Assembly: GCA_000004985.1 (NCBI GenBank)
Contig: GG738915.1
Direction: 5' to 3' (one strand)
Source: Naegleria gruberi
Taxonomy: Eukaryota
Length of the DNA stretch: 64,000 nucleotides
The stretch's first letter is position 1, and each line of letters starts with the position of its first letter. Shown piece after piece: positions 40,733 through 52,312 of the stretch. Below the pieces are notes generated by a model that searched no databases, was not told the origin of the DNA, and was given only the letters and a program-made list of their open reading frames with translations. A program made the position numbers and the translations under genes.

Positions 40733-41737
40733 ATGGCAGGAGGAGGTTCAACCTACAAATCGACAGAACCAATCGGAACTGGTAGAATATTCTTTTATTG
40801 CATTGTTTGGCTGATATTGGTGATTGGTCTATCGTTTATGAATAAAGCAGTATTTAAATGGACAGAATTCAAGTATCCAGTGCTGCTGTCGACTGTACAT
40901 ATGATTATAAATTGGTTGATGGGAAGTTTTGTGTGGGGAAGGATGAATGGAAAGATAAAGGAGGAAGAGGAAAAGAAGGGTCATGATTTGAGACATTTAA
41001 TAATGTACTTCTCATTGTTATTTGTATTGAATATTGCTTTCGGAAATATGAGTGTCAAGGCAGTGAATTTATTGTTGAGTCAAGTTTTCAGATCTTCAAT
41101 GCCAATATTTATAATGATTTGTTCGGTTGTGTTGGGTGTTGGAAGTAGACCTAGTACACGCGTTATTCTCACTGTTTTACCAATTATTATTGGAGTTTAT
41201 TTGACTTGTAAGAAAGATGACAGTAAGGTTAGCTCAAATACTGAAGAAGATTTATTGAATATCAAATCATTGGCTATTTTATTAATTGGAAACATTATGT
41301 GTGCTCTCAAAACTACTCTTACCAATAAGTATCTCAATCAGTACAAGTTCCATCCAATTTATTTATTGAGTAAGCTTTCAATGTGGAGCTCTTTTGGAAT
41401 GTTTGCTTTTGCTGCAGTGACTGGAGAAGTTTCAGACCTTTTCAACAATAATTTACATGTTTTATATAATGTCAAGACAGTTGGATTTGTCATTTCTACA
41501 GGATTTGTTGCATTCCTATTGAACTATTTCAATTTCCTTGCCAATTCCTCTACAAGTCCACTCACAATGGGAATTTGTGGATTGTTACATCAAGTGCTGA
41601 CAGTCTACCTTTCTACCATTGTTTTTGATACATCTTTGAATCAAACTAATGTGATTGGTATTTGTCTTGCAATGATTGGCAGTGCTCTCTATACTTTTGT
41701 AAAGTATTTAGAAGCTCAAAAAGTAAAATCAAACTAA
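40733..41737 (+). CDS. Nucleotide-sugar/triose-phosphate transporter family protein (SLC35/TPT, drug-metabolite superfamily).
   Basis: It has 10 predicted TM helices. The N-terminus 'NKAVFKWTEFKYPVLLSTVHMII' is typical of SLC35E/TPT. It is a 334-aa intronless ORF. Confidence 0.65.
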   Translation: MAGGGSTYKSTEPIGTGRIFFYCIVWLILVIGLSFMNKAVFKWTEFKYPVLLSTVHMIINWLMGSFVWGRMNGKIKEEEEKKGHDLRHLIMYFSLLFVLNIAFGNMSVKAVNLLLSQVFRSSMPIFIMICSVVLGVGSRPSTRVILTVLPIIIGVYLTCKKDDSKVSSNTEEDLLNIKSLAILLIGNIMCALKTTLTNKYLNQYKFHPIYLLSKLSMWSSFGMFAFAAVTGEVSDLFNNNLHVLYNVKTVGFVISTGFVAFLLNYFNFLANSSTSPLTMGICGLLHQVLTVYLSTIVFDTSLNQTNVIGICLAMIGSALYTFVKYLEAQKVKSN

Positions 41738-41787
41738 TTTCTAACAACAACTTTCGTATTGAACTTTCCAATAAATTATATTAAAAA

Positions 41788-42858
41788 ATGGCAGAACAAG
41801 TTAGGGTTGAGTTATTCGATTTTTCAACAACACCATCACAGCAAGGCTGGGAATTAAATAAATTTCTGCAAGAAAGGTTTCGTAAGAAGAAACCGACCGG
41901 AGCTTCATTTGCATATTCCACCTTTCGTAAAATTAATACTATTAGCACAAGAAGGTGGAAACGACGATTCATTGCCAACTCGTTTGCAATTTGCAAATCT
42001 TTAAATTGTATTCTCATGCTCTCATCAAACAACACGGTCTATGTTTATTCTCTCAAATCTAAAAGGTATCTGAATCGGTTTCCACTCTTTCCCTTTGGAT
42101 ATAATTTGGGAGGACCTCCACTACATTTTAAAGTGGTAGAACGAGAGCAAGATCCAAATAATCAGGCTCACATTATTGTACTACTTTCGGATAGTTTTAA
42201 TGGTAAATTGGAAATACATAAAATTAATTTGGACACATTGATGAAAGAACGAAGTCGTATGAAGAATAGAAATACCAGGATTTTAGATAGCTATGCTTCT
42301 AATTTGGTGTGGAAAATTGAGAAGAATATACCCAAGACAAATGGAACTGCCACAATGCTATTTGTTCCAAATAGAGAGTTTGAGAATGTTGAAAAGGGTG
42401 ACGCTGCTATATTGATCTATTTCACTAATCAAAAGAATATCCTAGATTGTTTTAGTTACAAGTATGGAAAACAACTGAGTTCTATAACTGTCCCTGATAC
42501 TATAAGTAGCTCAAGTACTGTATTACATTTAGCTGTCAGTGGATCTAATTTAATATTTTACAGGTATAACTCTGCTGATTTTGTGGATCAAAGAATGAAT
42601 GTAATACAGAGTTTGAAAACAAACATTATTTGCATTGGAAGCGCTGTCATCTATGAGCCAAATTCAAATGTGTTTATAACCCAGCAATCATCTAAAATTA
42701 TGGCATTTCAATATCGCGATGATAATCTCAGTGTTGTTGGATCACGCAAGTTGAGAGTAAAAGGTAAAACAATCGATTGGTCAATGATGCATTTCAATGA
42801 TTCCAATGGAGAGCTATTGGTTCTGCATCGTAATGAGAAATTATTAACATTCAAGTAA
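41788..42858 (+). CDS. Hypothetical protein (356 aa).
   Basis: It is a complete ORF with an A-rich ATG context. No domain recognised. Confidence 0.3.
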   Translation: MAEQVRVELFDFSTTPSQQGWELNKFLQERFRKKKPTGASFAYSTFRKINTISTRRWKRRFIANSFAICKSLNCILMLSSNNTVYVYSLKSKRYLNRFPLFPFGYNLGGPPLHFKVVEREQDPNNQAHIIVLLSDSFNGKLEIHKINLDTLMKERSRMKNRNTRILDSYASNLVWKIEKNIPKTNGTATMLFVPNREFENVEKGDAAILIYFTNQKNILDCFSYKYGKQLSSITVPDTISSSSTVLHLAVSGSNLIFYRYNSADFVDQRMNVIQSLKTNIICIGSAVIYEPNSNVFITQQSSKIMAFQYRDDNLSVVGSRKLRVKGKTIDWSMMHFNDSNGELLVLHRNEKLLTFK

Positions 42859-43400
42859 AATATTTCAAGGTGTCATTTCTTTAAATTGATTGAGTTAATA
42901 GATTAGGATTTCATTAATGTATCAAGGTATGGCACGGTGTTGAAAAACTTTGGTATATTGTTAAACAATGGCAATATTAAGCAGTGTTTGACGAGTTATT
43001 AATTTTGTGATCAGAAATACAAAGGTATCCAACAGTAGTTTGCATTAAATTAGTAAATTTATTAAATTTATGACACAAAAAGTGGAAAAACAGGAATCAT
43101 TTTCCCACATTCCATTCTCCTCATTGGTAGCATAGGTAATGCTTGCTAAAGAGCCACCATCTACACCCTTGGTAGATATTGTAATTCGGAATACATCCAT
43201 ATATAAACCTCCACTCAATTTAAAAACAACTGTTTGCGTCTTTGAGTGGCTTGAAAAATTATATAGATTTCGTTTGAGCAACCTATCACCGAATAACCCT
43301 CAATAGCATCCATTTTTTAACAATCAATGAAGAGTTCTTGAATAATTTTTTTTCACACAATCAAATAATGTAATTGAGGTATTATAAGGTTAAAAAATAT

Positions 43401-45173
43401 TTAGTTGTCGTCTACTGTACTCTCCTTTAACACAGCATCTTCAAAATTTTGGATTTGATGATCAATAAAGTGTTGAAAACGAGAACAGTCACTAACTTTC
43501 CATTCAATTTCATTCCATTTCGAAAGTAATTTAAACATCATGCTGGAGAAAGAGGATAGATCTTTAAGAATTTGAACTTTTTTCAATTTTGGTGGTTTAA
43601 ACTGTTGCAATAACTCAATATCTTTGTACGATGAAAATGTACATTCCAATGCAATTAAATTCTCATAGTTTTTACCCAATTCTTCAAAAAATTCTTTTGG
43701 AAATTCTCCAATTGTACAAATAATACTTAAATATTCCAAATTTCTCAGTACATCCAATTTAATAAAATCCATCAATTGCTCCTTTCCACTGATTACCACT
43801 GATAATCTCCTTAAATGTTTTAAATGTTCAATCTTTTCCAAATTTTGAGAGATATCTGAATTTGTAAACAGCGATTCCAAATTATTCAAACATTCATTAG
43901 AAAACATATTAAAATCTATATCTCCTAGGACTTTGATACGTAAATGCTTCAAATTTTTAACTAAGCTCAAATTACTCAAACTAAATGCCAAATCTTTGGT
44001 CGCATATAAATTAAATACTAATATTTCTAAATTTCTCAATGTATTATTACTGAAAAATTTTTCAGTGTCCTTAAATACTCTCGAAACTATTTTCAATATT
44101 TTCAGATTTGAAAAGTTATATTTCCATACATGATTAAGACAATAACTGGCTTGATCAGTGTCTTGTGAATAATCAATCCTTAAGTATTTTAAATTTAGAA
44201 TCATATCAGTGTCAACAACCTCATCATCTTGCTCACTTGCATCTATCATGTATGCTTTTAAAATTTCTAATGTTTTAATATTATTTAGAAGCATTATTAG
44301 TTGCTTTTCACCATCGAGCTGTATATCCAAAACTGAGAGGAGTTTCAAATTTAAAATCCGAGAAATATTACTAAATAGATCATCAATTCTCAATATTCTA
44401 AGACAGTCAGTATAATTATTGATAATTGGTGATAGTTTTTTCATAATATCATACTCCTCCATTGAAATATCTAAAAGTTTCAAATTATATAAATTTCTGT
44501 CTTTTAATTCTATTTTGTTATAACTAGTTTTAATTTTTATAAATTGTATGGTAGGTTTCTTGAAATGGAATGTGAAAGTTTTATCATTTTCCTCAAATAA
44601 CCTCTTAATGACAAGGTGTTTGATGTTTACACATTTGAGAATTAATTTTAATAGAGAATCGGGTTCATACTGAGAAAGTATTTCCAAATTTTCTATTTGA
44701 ATTAAATCACAGTTAGGTATTAGAGTAGATTTCCTTATCAATAAATTTTTAATAGTATTAATAACATTCCTAAATTGTTTTGAAACTGTCAAGTATTTAA
44801 AAATCTCAAAATCATAATTTAAATATGCAAATATGTTACATAATACATCATCACAAAATAATTCCGAACAGGTTTTGATTTGTTTGGTTTTCAACAGTTT
44901 ATCGTGATCCATATCTTGATCACTAATTTCCTCAAATTTGCGTTTGTTCTTATTTTCATCAGTGCTACTTCCATTTGATTTTAATTTACATAATTCAATT
45001 TCCAATTTTAATTCTTCCTGTCTTGCTTTTGCTTTGGCTTCTTCTTGAGTGAATTGTAATTTCAACTTCCACAATTCAAATATTTGCTCCGAAGAGAGTC
45101 CAAGCCTTTGACATTGTTCAATGAAACCATCAGAGTCCCCACCATCCTTTAACACAGCATTTTGTTGCGGCAT
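43401..45173 (-). CDS. F-box-like/LRR protein with an N-terminal coiled coil.
   Basis: The coiled coil ('QEELKLEIELCKLK') is followed by an F-box-like segment ('CDDVLCNIFAYLNYDFEIFKYLTVSKQFRNVI') and then many LRRs ('LKHLRIKVLGDIDFN', 'LEYLSIICTIGEFP'). Confidence 0.5.
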   Translation of the reverse strand: MPQQNAVLKDGGDSDGFIEQCQRLGLSSEQIFELWKLKLQFTQEEAKAKARQEELKLEIELCKLKSNGSSTDENKNKRKFEEISDQDMDHDKLLKTKQIKTCSELFCDDVLCNIFAYLNYDFEIFKYLTVSKQFRNVINTIKNLLIRKSTLIPNCDLIQIENLEILSQYEPDSLLKLILKCVNIKHLVIKRLFEENDKTFTFHFKKPTIQFIKIKTSYNKIELKDRNLYNLKLLDISMEEYDIMKKLSPIINNYTDCLRILRIDDLFSNISRILNLKLLSVLDIQLDGEKQLIMLLNNIKTLEILKAYMIDASEQDDEVVDTDMILNLKYLRIDYSQDTDQASYCLNHVWKYNFSNLKILKIVSRVFKDTEKFFSNNTLRNLEILVFNLYATKDLAFSLSNLSLVKNLKHLRIKVLGDIDFNMFSNECLNNLESLFTNSDISQNLEKIEHLKHLRRLSVVISGKEQLMDFIKLDVLRNLEYLSIICTIGEFPKEFFEELGKNYENLIALECTFSSYKDIELLQQFKPPKLKKVQILKDLSSFSSMMFKLLSKWNEIEWKVSDCSRFQHFIDHQIQNFEDAVLKESTVDDN

Positions 45174-45549
45174 TTTTTGGTATCTTTACGATACTAAAAA
45201 TTTTCAAGCTTACAGTTTTGCTTGTGGTAAAACATGTTTTACCTGATGAATGTAGTCTCCAATTTTGAAGGATGATAGAATGGAGAGACATTCAAACAGG
45301 TTTCTCTCCGGCTTATTGATAAATATCGAGCAAATGAATTAATTAAGGGTTTTACTAAGGCACTTTATGCTCACTTGTTGTAAATTGGACAAGATTGTGG
45401 AAAATATCAATGATCAATCTCTGAATTGAATGCAACTACCCAGGTTAAAAAATAATATTATTGGGGTAATAAGCTTCCTTCTTAGAAGAATTGGCCCAAT
45501 AACTTTTCCCACCAAAATTAGAGTTTGAAATTGTAATATTTAAAAAAAA

Positions 45550-47531
45550 ATGAAAATAACGCTCGGTTTCAAACCAGGCGTTTTTAATGCTCTTGTTCAA
45601 GTGCCTGATCTTTTCAGTGTTATTCTTCAATATTTGGATTGTTCCTCATTGTTTGCCCTAACGATGGTGAATAAGAAATTATTTGGATTATTTGATGAGA
45701 GTAAAATTGATGAATTGGTTCAATCATCATCGGAAGAGGTGTTGAACGTTGTGACAATTGATCCTAATTTATGGTTGAATTTGGTTTCATACTATGAAGA
45801 AAGGTTGAGAAAATTAAAATTGGAGTTTAATTCTAACGATTTGTAAGTTGGCTTATCAAGTAGTTGAATATTTACTTGTTTTCTAAAAGCTATCGATACT
45901 ATCCAATGAACGTAAATTTTCAAGAATATATTGAGCTTGTGAAGCCAAAAACAACAGAGAAGGAAAATGTAAAAACTAGCAGTATTAGAGAAATACTTGA
46001 AATTATTGTTGACTGTAGGAAAAAATTGAAAAGGTTGTACTCTGATTGTTGGAAACAAAAGAAACCTGAAGAATATGGTGTTGAGTTTTCCAAGAGTGGA
46101 AGATCTAGTTGTAAAACTTGTTTTAAGCCAATTCCATACGGAGTTCTCAGAGGCTATCAGGACAACCACGAAAACTATTACAAAGCTCATGAATGTCACC
46201 ATTTGACTTGCTTTTATAAAATACTATTGACTGAAAATGTACGTGAAGAAGATGTGAAATATGAAGAGGAGAAACAAAAAGCAGCCATTTCCAAGCTTTA
46301 TGAGTTTATAGCAAAGGAGAAAAAATTAATACAGAAATCAAAGTGGCAATGCACCACTTGTGATGGATGTAATGTACTATTGAATGGAGATGCATACATG
46401 TCAGCAGAAAAAGGAAAGATGGATCTATGTGCAAAGTGCTATGTCACTAACGATGAGCTGGTTTCTGGAAAAAGTGAGAAGGGGCCTTTTGTCCCTACCC
46501 CTCCTTTAAAACCTTTCCAAAAATGTAGATATTGTAAGGAACAGATCAAAAGGGTCTTATTTAATTGTCATCAATGTAATATTGGCTTTTGTGGAGAGTG
46601 TTTAAAATCCTTAAGGTGGTTTGATCACAAAAAACACTTTATTAATGTAATTGGAAATGCTCTTGATGATGAAATGAAATGTTTAACTGCTGACTTCAAA
46701 CCTGAAGATGCTAAACCATTACCAGTGAGTGCTTATGAAAGGTTTTCTGTTCTGGATTTGATGGAAGAATTTTTAGGAGAATCTAAAAGGGATGCAGGTC
46801 AACCAACTCCTTCTGAAAGATTCACAGCTACCCCCAACAAGAAAACAGATCTATCAGGGATAAAGTCACAAAAAACTGCAACAATTACAAAACCAAGTAA
46901 TAACGAATCTAACCACTCTTCTAAAACCAACACTCAACCAAAGAAGCCAGAAAGTACAAAACCAACAACCGAAAAACAAGTTCAAAGCAACTTGAAACTC
47001 TCCAAATCGCAACAAGCTAGTTCCAAGACAATCCCTCAGAAGTCTTCTGTTCAACAAACTCTTTCATCAACAACTTCTAAAAAAAGAGTTTTAATTGAAT
47101 TGAGCTCTGATGAAGAATCAGAAGATGAAATCGATCTAAAGAAATTAGAGGCAACTACAGGATCTAATGAGATTCCAAAATTAAAACCTGAAGTAGTTAT
47201 TGCCTCAAAAGTTGAACCAGCCAAGAAGAAATCAAAACAAGAGAAATCCAAGAAGAAAGAAAGCAAGGAAAAAACAAAAAAGAAAAAACCAAAGAAAGAA
47301 GAAAACAGTGATGAAGAGAATGACGAAATCTACCTTGTGGAAAAGCTGTTGGATAGAAAAATAGTGCATGGAAAGCCATACTATCTAGTAAAGTGGGAAG
47401 GTTATCCCAACTCAGATAACTCGTGGGAACCAAACAACAATATTTCACCAGATCTAATTGAAGATTTTGAGGAGGAATTTGAGAAAAACAAGCCACGAGT
47501 AGCAAGCAAGACGAAGAAGAGAAAAATATAG
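45550..47531 (+). CDS. Protein with an F-box-like domain, ZZ-type zinc fingers and a C-terminal chromodomain. Two exons: join(45550..45842, 45890..47531).
   Basis: Exon 1 ('LVQVPDLFSVILQYLDCSSLFALTMVNKKLFGL', F-box-like) ends at GTAAGT(45843). The 47-nt intron ends in CTAAAAG. Exon 2 carries ZZ fingers ('WQCTTCDGCNVLLNGDAYMS..CAKCY', 'CRYCKEQIKRVLFNCHQCNIGFCGEC') and a canonical chromodomain 'EIYLVEKLLDRKIVHGKPYYLVKWEGYPNSDNSWEP'. Confidence 0.65.
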
Positions 47532-47744
47532 AGACACCATATTAAGAATAACACCAGGAACATTACAATTTGGAAGTTAAAACTCAGAAAATTTAACCAT
47601 TACGAAATTAAATTTCAGGAATGCAGTATTACAAAAGAGTAACTTCAAATTATAGATAATGAAATATTTGAAAACACATACTGTAATTGTAACATGCGCA
47701 TCAATCTCGAATGAACCCACCATTATTGACATTTTACAAAAAAA

Positions 47745-48914
47745 ATGATTCTCTCCTTCCTTCATCTAATCACCTGGTTTACTTTTCGCACATTAGTTCT
47801 ACTCTTCTCCATCTATCGTTTCATTATACAACTCTACAGAAAATATTACCATCATAGGGATGAGAAAAATCACCATGATGGAAAAGAAGCATCTAACGAA
47901 ACAATATTATGGAACAAGTTGATGAAGGTTGGACTAAAAATTAATCATACTAGCGTGGCCAAGTTTAGAGAGGCTTCTAGAAAGCAAATACCTGTCTTGT
48001 ATCCTAAATTGGAAGACACTTTGTTTGGCTGTGCAACAAAAGTGGAAAAGATTGAAAAATTGAGAGATTCACATTGGATTACAATGAAAGGTTGTAAAGA
48101 AATGAAAAAAGTCATGCTCTTTATTCATGGAGGTGGCTTCATATCTGGCTCTTCTTTAGGACTTGATCTTCAATCAACAGTCTATGGTATTAAAGATTTC
48201 AATAAGAAACATAAGAATAATGAAAATTTGATTAGCCATGTATTATCTGTTGAATACAGATTGGCAGAGGATCCTAAGTTCTACGAAACCATGGACAAGA
48301 GAACACTTACATCGAATCTCAGTGATCAATTAGAAGACTGCTTTGATTGTTTCAAATATTTAATTGAGGAAAAGAACGTACCAGCTAAGGATATTATAAT
48401 TTCTGGTTTCTCTGCTGGTGCATGTCATTCTGCATTGTTGGTTTTGAAAAAATTGATGAACAGCCAGTCTTGGCCCCTTCATTCGGTTGCACTATTTTCA
48501 GCTCCTTGTGATTTATCAAATGCTGTAATTAAAGCTGACAAGTGGAAGGAAGAAAACGTTTTGATCTTGAATCAGGGACTTGTTAATTTGATTAATAGAT
48601 GTATTCCAATTGAGGAAAAGAAGAATTATTCAATTCTTCAAACAATGTTGGAAATGGAGAAACAAGATGAATCATTTTATAACAAATTACTTCAAACCAA
48701 ATGGGTAATCAACTATAGTAATCACGAAGAGCTAACCCCTGGAAATGAATACTTGTCTCAATTACTAGAATCTAAATCTCATCAAATTAATCCAAGACAA
48801 GTGGCTGTTGTTACAGAAAATCATCAAATGCATTGTTATCCAATTGCACAATATATATTATCTGAAGGAAACCGATCTATGGAAAAGGTATTGTTAGAGG
48901 CAATAAATCTCTAA
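47745..48914 (+). CDS. Alpha/beta-hydrolase-fold esterase/lipase (HSL/arylacetamide deacetylase-like) with an N-terminal TM anchor.
   Basis: The oxyanion-hole motif reads 'LFIHGGGFISGS'. The nucleophile elbow reads 'GFSAGA' (GxSxG). Confidence 0.7.
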   Translation: MILSFLHLITWFTFRTLVLLFSIYRFIIQLYRKYYHHRDEKNHHDGKEASNETILWNKLMKVGLKINHTSVAKFREASRKQIPVLYPKLEDTLFGCATKVEKIEKLRDSHWITMKGCKEMKKVMLFIHGGGFISGSSLGLDLQSTVYGIKDFNKKHKNNENLISHVLSVEYRLAEDPKFYETMDKRTLTSNLSDQLEDCFDCFKYLIEEKNVPAKDIIISGFSAGACHSALLVLKKLMNSQSWPLHSVALFSAPCDLSNAVIKADKWKEENVLILNQGLVNLINRCIPIEEKKNYSILQTMLEMEKQDESFYNKLLQTKWVINYSNHEELTPGNEYLSQLLESKSHQINPRQVAVVTENHQMHCYPIAQYILSEGNRSMEKVLLEAINL

Positions 48915-48997
48915 CTCTTTAGTCCAAAACAACATTATCTCCACAAGATTTTGACATTTACCACATCAAGATTGTAACTAACATTGAAAAAAACAGA

Positions 48998-50202
48998 ATG
49001 GTGGGATTGAATGGAACGAATACAACTATTGTAGCCGAAACATCTAGGGAAGAGTTTGGACCATTTCAGTACATGATTTTCGGGGTCAATATTCCCTTTC
49101 TGATAATATATTCAATTCTATTTAGTGCTACCTTGATTAGTTTGATATTTAGTGTAAAGAAACAAGATAAGACGAAACGGAAAACCTTCTACATCCTTAT
49201 ACTTGTTCTGTCCTTGCTGTTTGCAGTCATTTTGAATTTACTTACAAGAATTGGTTCCGAACTTTGCTATTTCGAAACTGATCCGGATAGACTTGAACGA
49301 ATATATGGACTGGTAAAGGCTATTGACAGAACCATGATAGGATTTACAATGTCTATGGAACTTTTATTAATTGATTACATGTCTTTTCTATTGTAAGTAC
49401 TTAGAATACTTTCCATTTTATGATGATTAGTTTGGAAACAACTTGGAAAGTGAGCCATTTCATCTAAGCATTTCAAAATTGCTAAGTTTATAACTTTTGG
49501 ATTGGCTTTGGTTGTTTTGATTTGTTTAATGTTTCTTCTGAGTGGATTTTTAGTATTAGGAGGTTTCTTTTACGTTTATGGAAATCTTGGGATATTGAAT
49601 ACGATACTGACTTGTCTATTTACTGCCTCTGCTATATTGGTAGGGGTTGCTTCCAGTATGCTCCTGATAAACACTCATGTAGGTTTCTAATTATTTAAAA
49701 TTTGAACAAAATCAATTAGTATTGTGGGAAATTAATGCTGAAAACACTTGTTAATGGAAGAAAACAAGCCATGACACTTTCCTCATCTCCACCACAATTG
49801 AAAGAAAGTTATGATTTGAAAACAAGAGCCCTCAAGAAAGTGTGGAGTATCATTATTGTAGTTACACTAACTTCTGTTTTTCAGATTATTGGATTTATTT
49901 TCACTCCATTATCAATGGTGGATCATTTTATGATGAGTGGATTTCATATATGTTACAATATATCAATAATGGTCCTTGTAGTTCTGTATTTATATTTATA
50001 TGGACCTGTGAAGGAATTTCAACAATTATTCGAAAAGAGAGATTCAAAAGATTTGACAACCATTGTGACTGCATTCGATTCAACAGGATCTGAACGGATT
50101 CAGAAAGGATTAACCTTATCACATGTTTCGCCTGTGTCTCCTACCGATAGTGAAATAACCTCCAGGCAGGAATTGTTTCAGATAACAAATTCTAGGATAT
50201 AA
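48998..50202 (+). CDS. Putative seven-transmembrane receptor-like protein. Three exons: join(48998..49393, 49469..49678, 49720..50202).
   Basis: Exon 1 ends '..MSFLL' at GTAAGT(49394). Exon 2 ends '..LLINTH' at GTAGGT(49679). The 41-nt intron joins in phase to 'YCGKLMLKTL..'. That gives seven hydrophobic helices and a hydrophilic C-tail. I know of no family assignment. An alternative acceptor at 49486 is possible. Confidence 0.4.
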
Positions 50203-50462
50203 CAAAATACTTTATTAAGACATGCTGAATAACTTTAAATCTGAATTATTATTAATATTAATATTCAATTCATTATGTTGCATAACAGTACTTTGCAACA
50301 TTATGATGGAAACTTAAGTTGGAGCAGATTACAATAGTGGAATGATAAGACAAGATATCGTACTCAATACGTAAAGCTTCATAAATTAGAAAGGTGAAAA
50401 TAGACTTCAATTCTTCCACTATCCTTCTAATTATCCAATCACGACTTGAAAAAATCAAAAAA

Positions 50463-51649
50463 ATGAAAACACTCATCAAGGTACGATTTTTTCTTTTTCA
50501 AAATGATGATTAAATATTATCTTTATGTCGGAATGGAAAATTCAAACTCTTATTTTCATAATTTTAATGTATTTAATATATTGATAGATTAAATATTTTC
50601 CTCCTGTCATTGTTGTCTTGACAGCAATTTCTCTCCTATTTTGTATAGTTTTGAGCTTGTTAACAGCACCAGATAGTGTTTCTAAACATTTGCCTGCCCT
50701 GAGTGAAACAGGAATATTTCCTCCGACAAAATATATTTTCACAGCATCCCTTGTGATACCATCCATATGTTTAATAGTTGGAGCAATTTTGCAATTTATT
50801 ACAACAAAGGAAAAATTAACCTCATTGGATCATCAACGACACACTTTAAATTATTGTAATGGATGTTTTAGAATGGGATGGTTGAGTATTGCATCCTGTA
50901 TTTTTGCTTTGATTTCAGGATTTTGTTTACTTGGACTTGGAATTGTGCCAATTATGGGAGGAGAAGTTATTGATGATAGTTTACTTTCGAATTCTACTAC
51001 CTCTACTACTGTATCTTTTATAACTAGTTCTACTAGTCAACAGTCAGCAGAATCAATTGAAATTCTTCCATATACCATCATTCACTTGATATTTACATTC
51101 TTCTTCATGTCAACTGTGTTTATTCACATGGTACTCAATACCATTTTCAATGTAGTAAGTGCAATTATAGTAATTATTTATTAAGCGGAATGCATCACCA
51201 ATTCATTTAATATCCAGTTATATGATAAGAAAATTTCTCCAAAAAAGAAAATTCTCAATCCTTGGGTTATTGTAAAAATTGTCAGTTCATGCTCATTCTT
51301 GGTTGTGGGGCCAATCTTTAGTTTTATTATGGGAATTTTAGTTACAGTCACATGTTCTCAAACTGAGGTTATTAACAAGACTTGTCCACTCATGAATTTA
51401 TTCCAATTATTCCTTGGAGCTCTATCTCAATACAGTATTGTTGCCTCAATTTTAGTTTTCATGCTCACTTACATGTATGATTTCAAAGATGCATCCATCA
51501 GTATTAATGCTGAAGATCCAAGAAATGATATTCAAGAGAGGTTATCAGGACTTTCCTTAGAAAAGGATTTTGAATTGGAAGAGGACGATCTTGGAGCAGG
51601 AGACACCAACAGATTACACACTCTTGAGGATGAAGACGAATTTAATTAA
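50463..51649 (+). CDS. Frag1/DRAM/Sfk1-family (TMEM150/DRAM-like) multi-pass membrane protein. Three exons: join(50463..50480, 50588..51154, 51218..51649).
   Basis: Exon 1 is 'MKTLIK' followed by a GTACGA donor. The 107-nt intron ends in TTGATAG. Exon 2 contains the family hallmark '..LPALSETGIFPPTKYIFTASLVIPSICL..' (matches '..YISDTG..PPE..IF..'). The GTAAGT(51155)...TCCAG(51217) intron joins to exon 3, which carries further TM segments and an acidic tail. Confidence 0.5.
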
Positions 51650-52312
51650 GCAATTAATCATTCCATTAAAACGACAAGGAATTATGAAACTGGTTCATTA
51701 ACATTTTTGGCAACTGAGAAGACATTATTGGCCACCATAATAATTGTAATCCTTTGTCATTTTAATGAAATTGATGACCAATAGTATGTTTCTATCTTGT
51801 TACTTACTAAATTTCCTTGTTTCTTGTCAATACCTTTCAAATAAAGAACGCAAACGTACAGATCTCATACTTCCAATTCGTTGTAACGTTCATCAGGTGA
51901 AGTGATGAACAAGAACAACAACAAAATAATCGTTGCAATTACAATTTCAAAAAACAATCCTACACAACTCAACTGAAACCAATTCCTTTTTGATAATTTT
52001 ATTATTATCACAACAACATTAGATTCAGTAGTTTTTGAAGATAATACCTATCCTAAGGAATAGCATCATTCGTTTGAGCGCACAAAACTTCAACCAGTCC
52101 ATCACTTCTTGTCCGTCTCACCAATATCTTACTCACCACCTTATCACACAAAATATCGTACTCGACAATACAATAATAACATCCGCACAATAGCAGCGGC
52201 TGTTCTTTAGGTGTATATTAAAATATTCTTCCTTCATCATTTCTAACGGCCTGATTAACAACAAAACAACATACGAGACAAGTACATCAAGCAAAATTTA
52301 TTTTAAAAAAAA

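Noticed and set aside
43045-43330. A small two-exon gene on the minus strand (ORF 43045..43281 plus a possible upstream 'MDAIEGYSVI' exon).
   Set aside because: I could not find an in-phase GT...AG junction. The similarity to roadblock/LC7-type folds is too vague.
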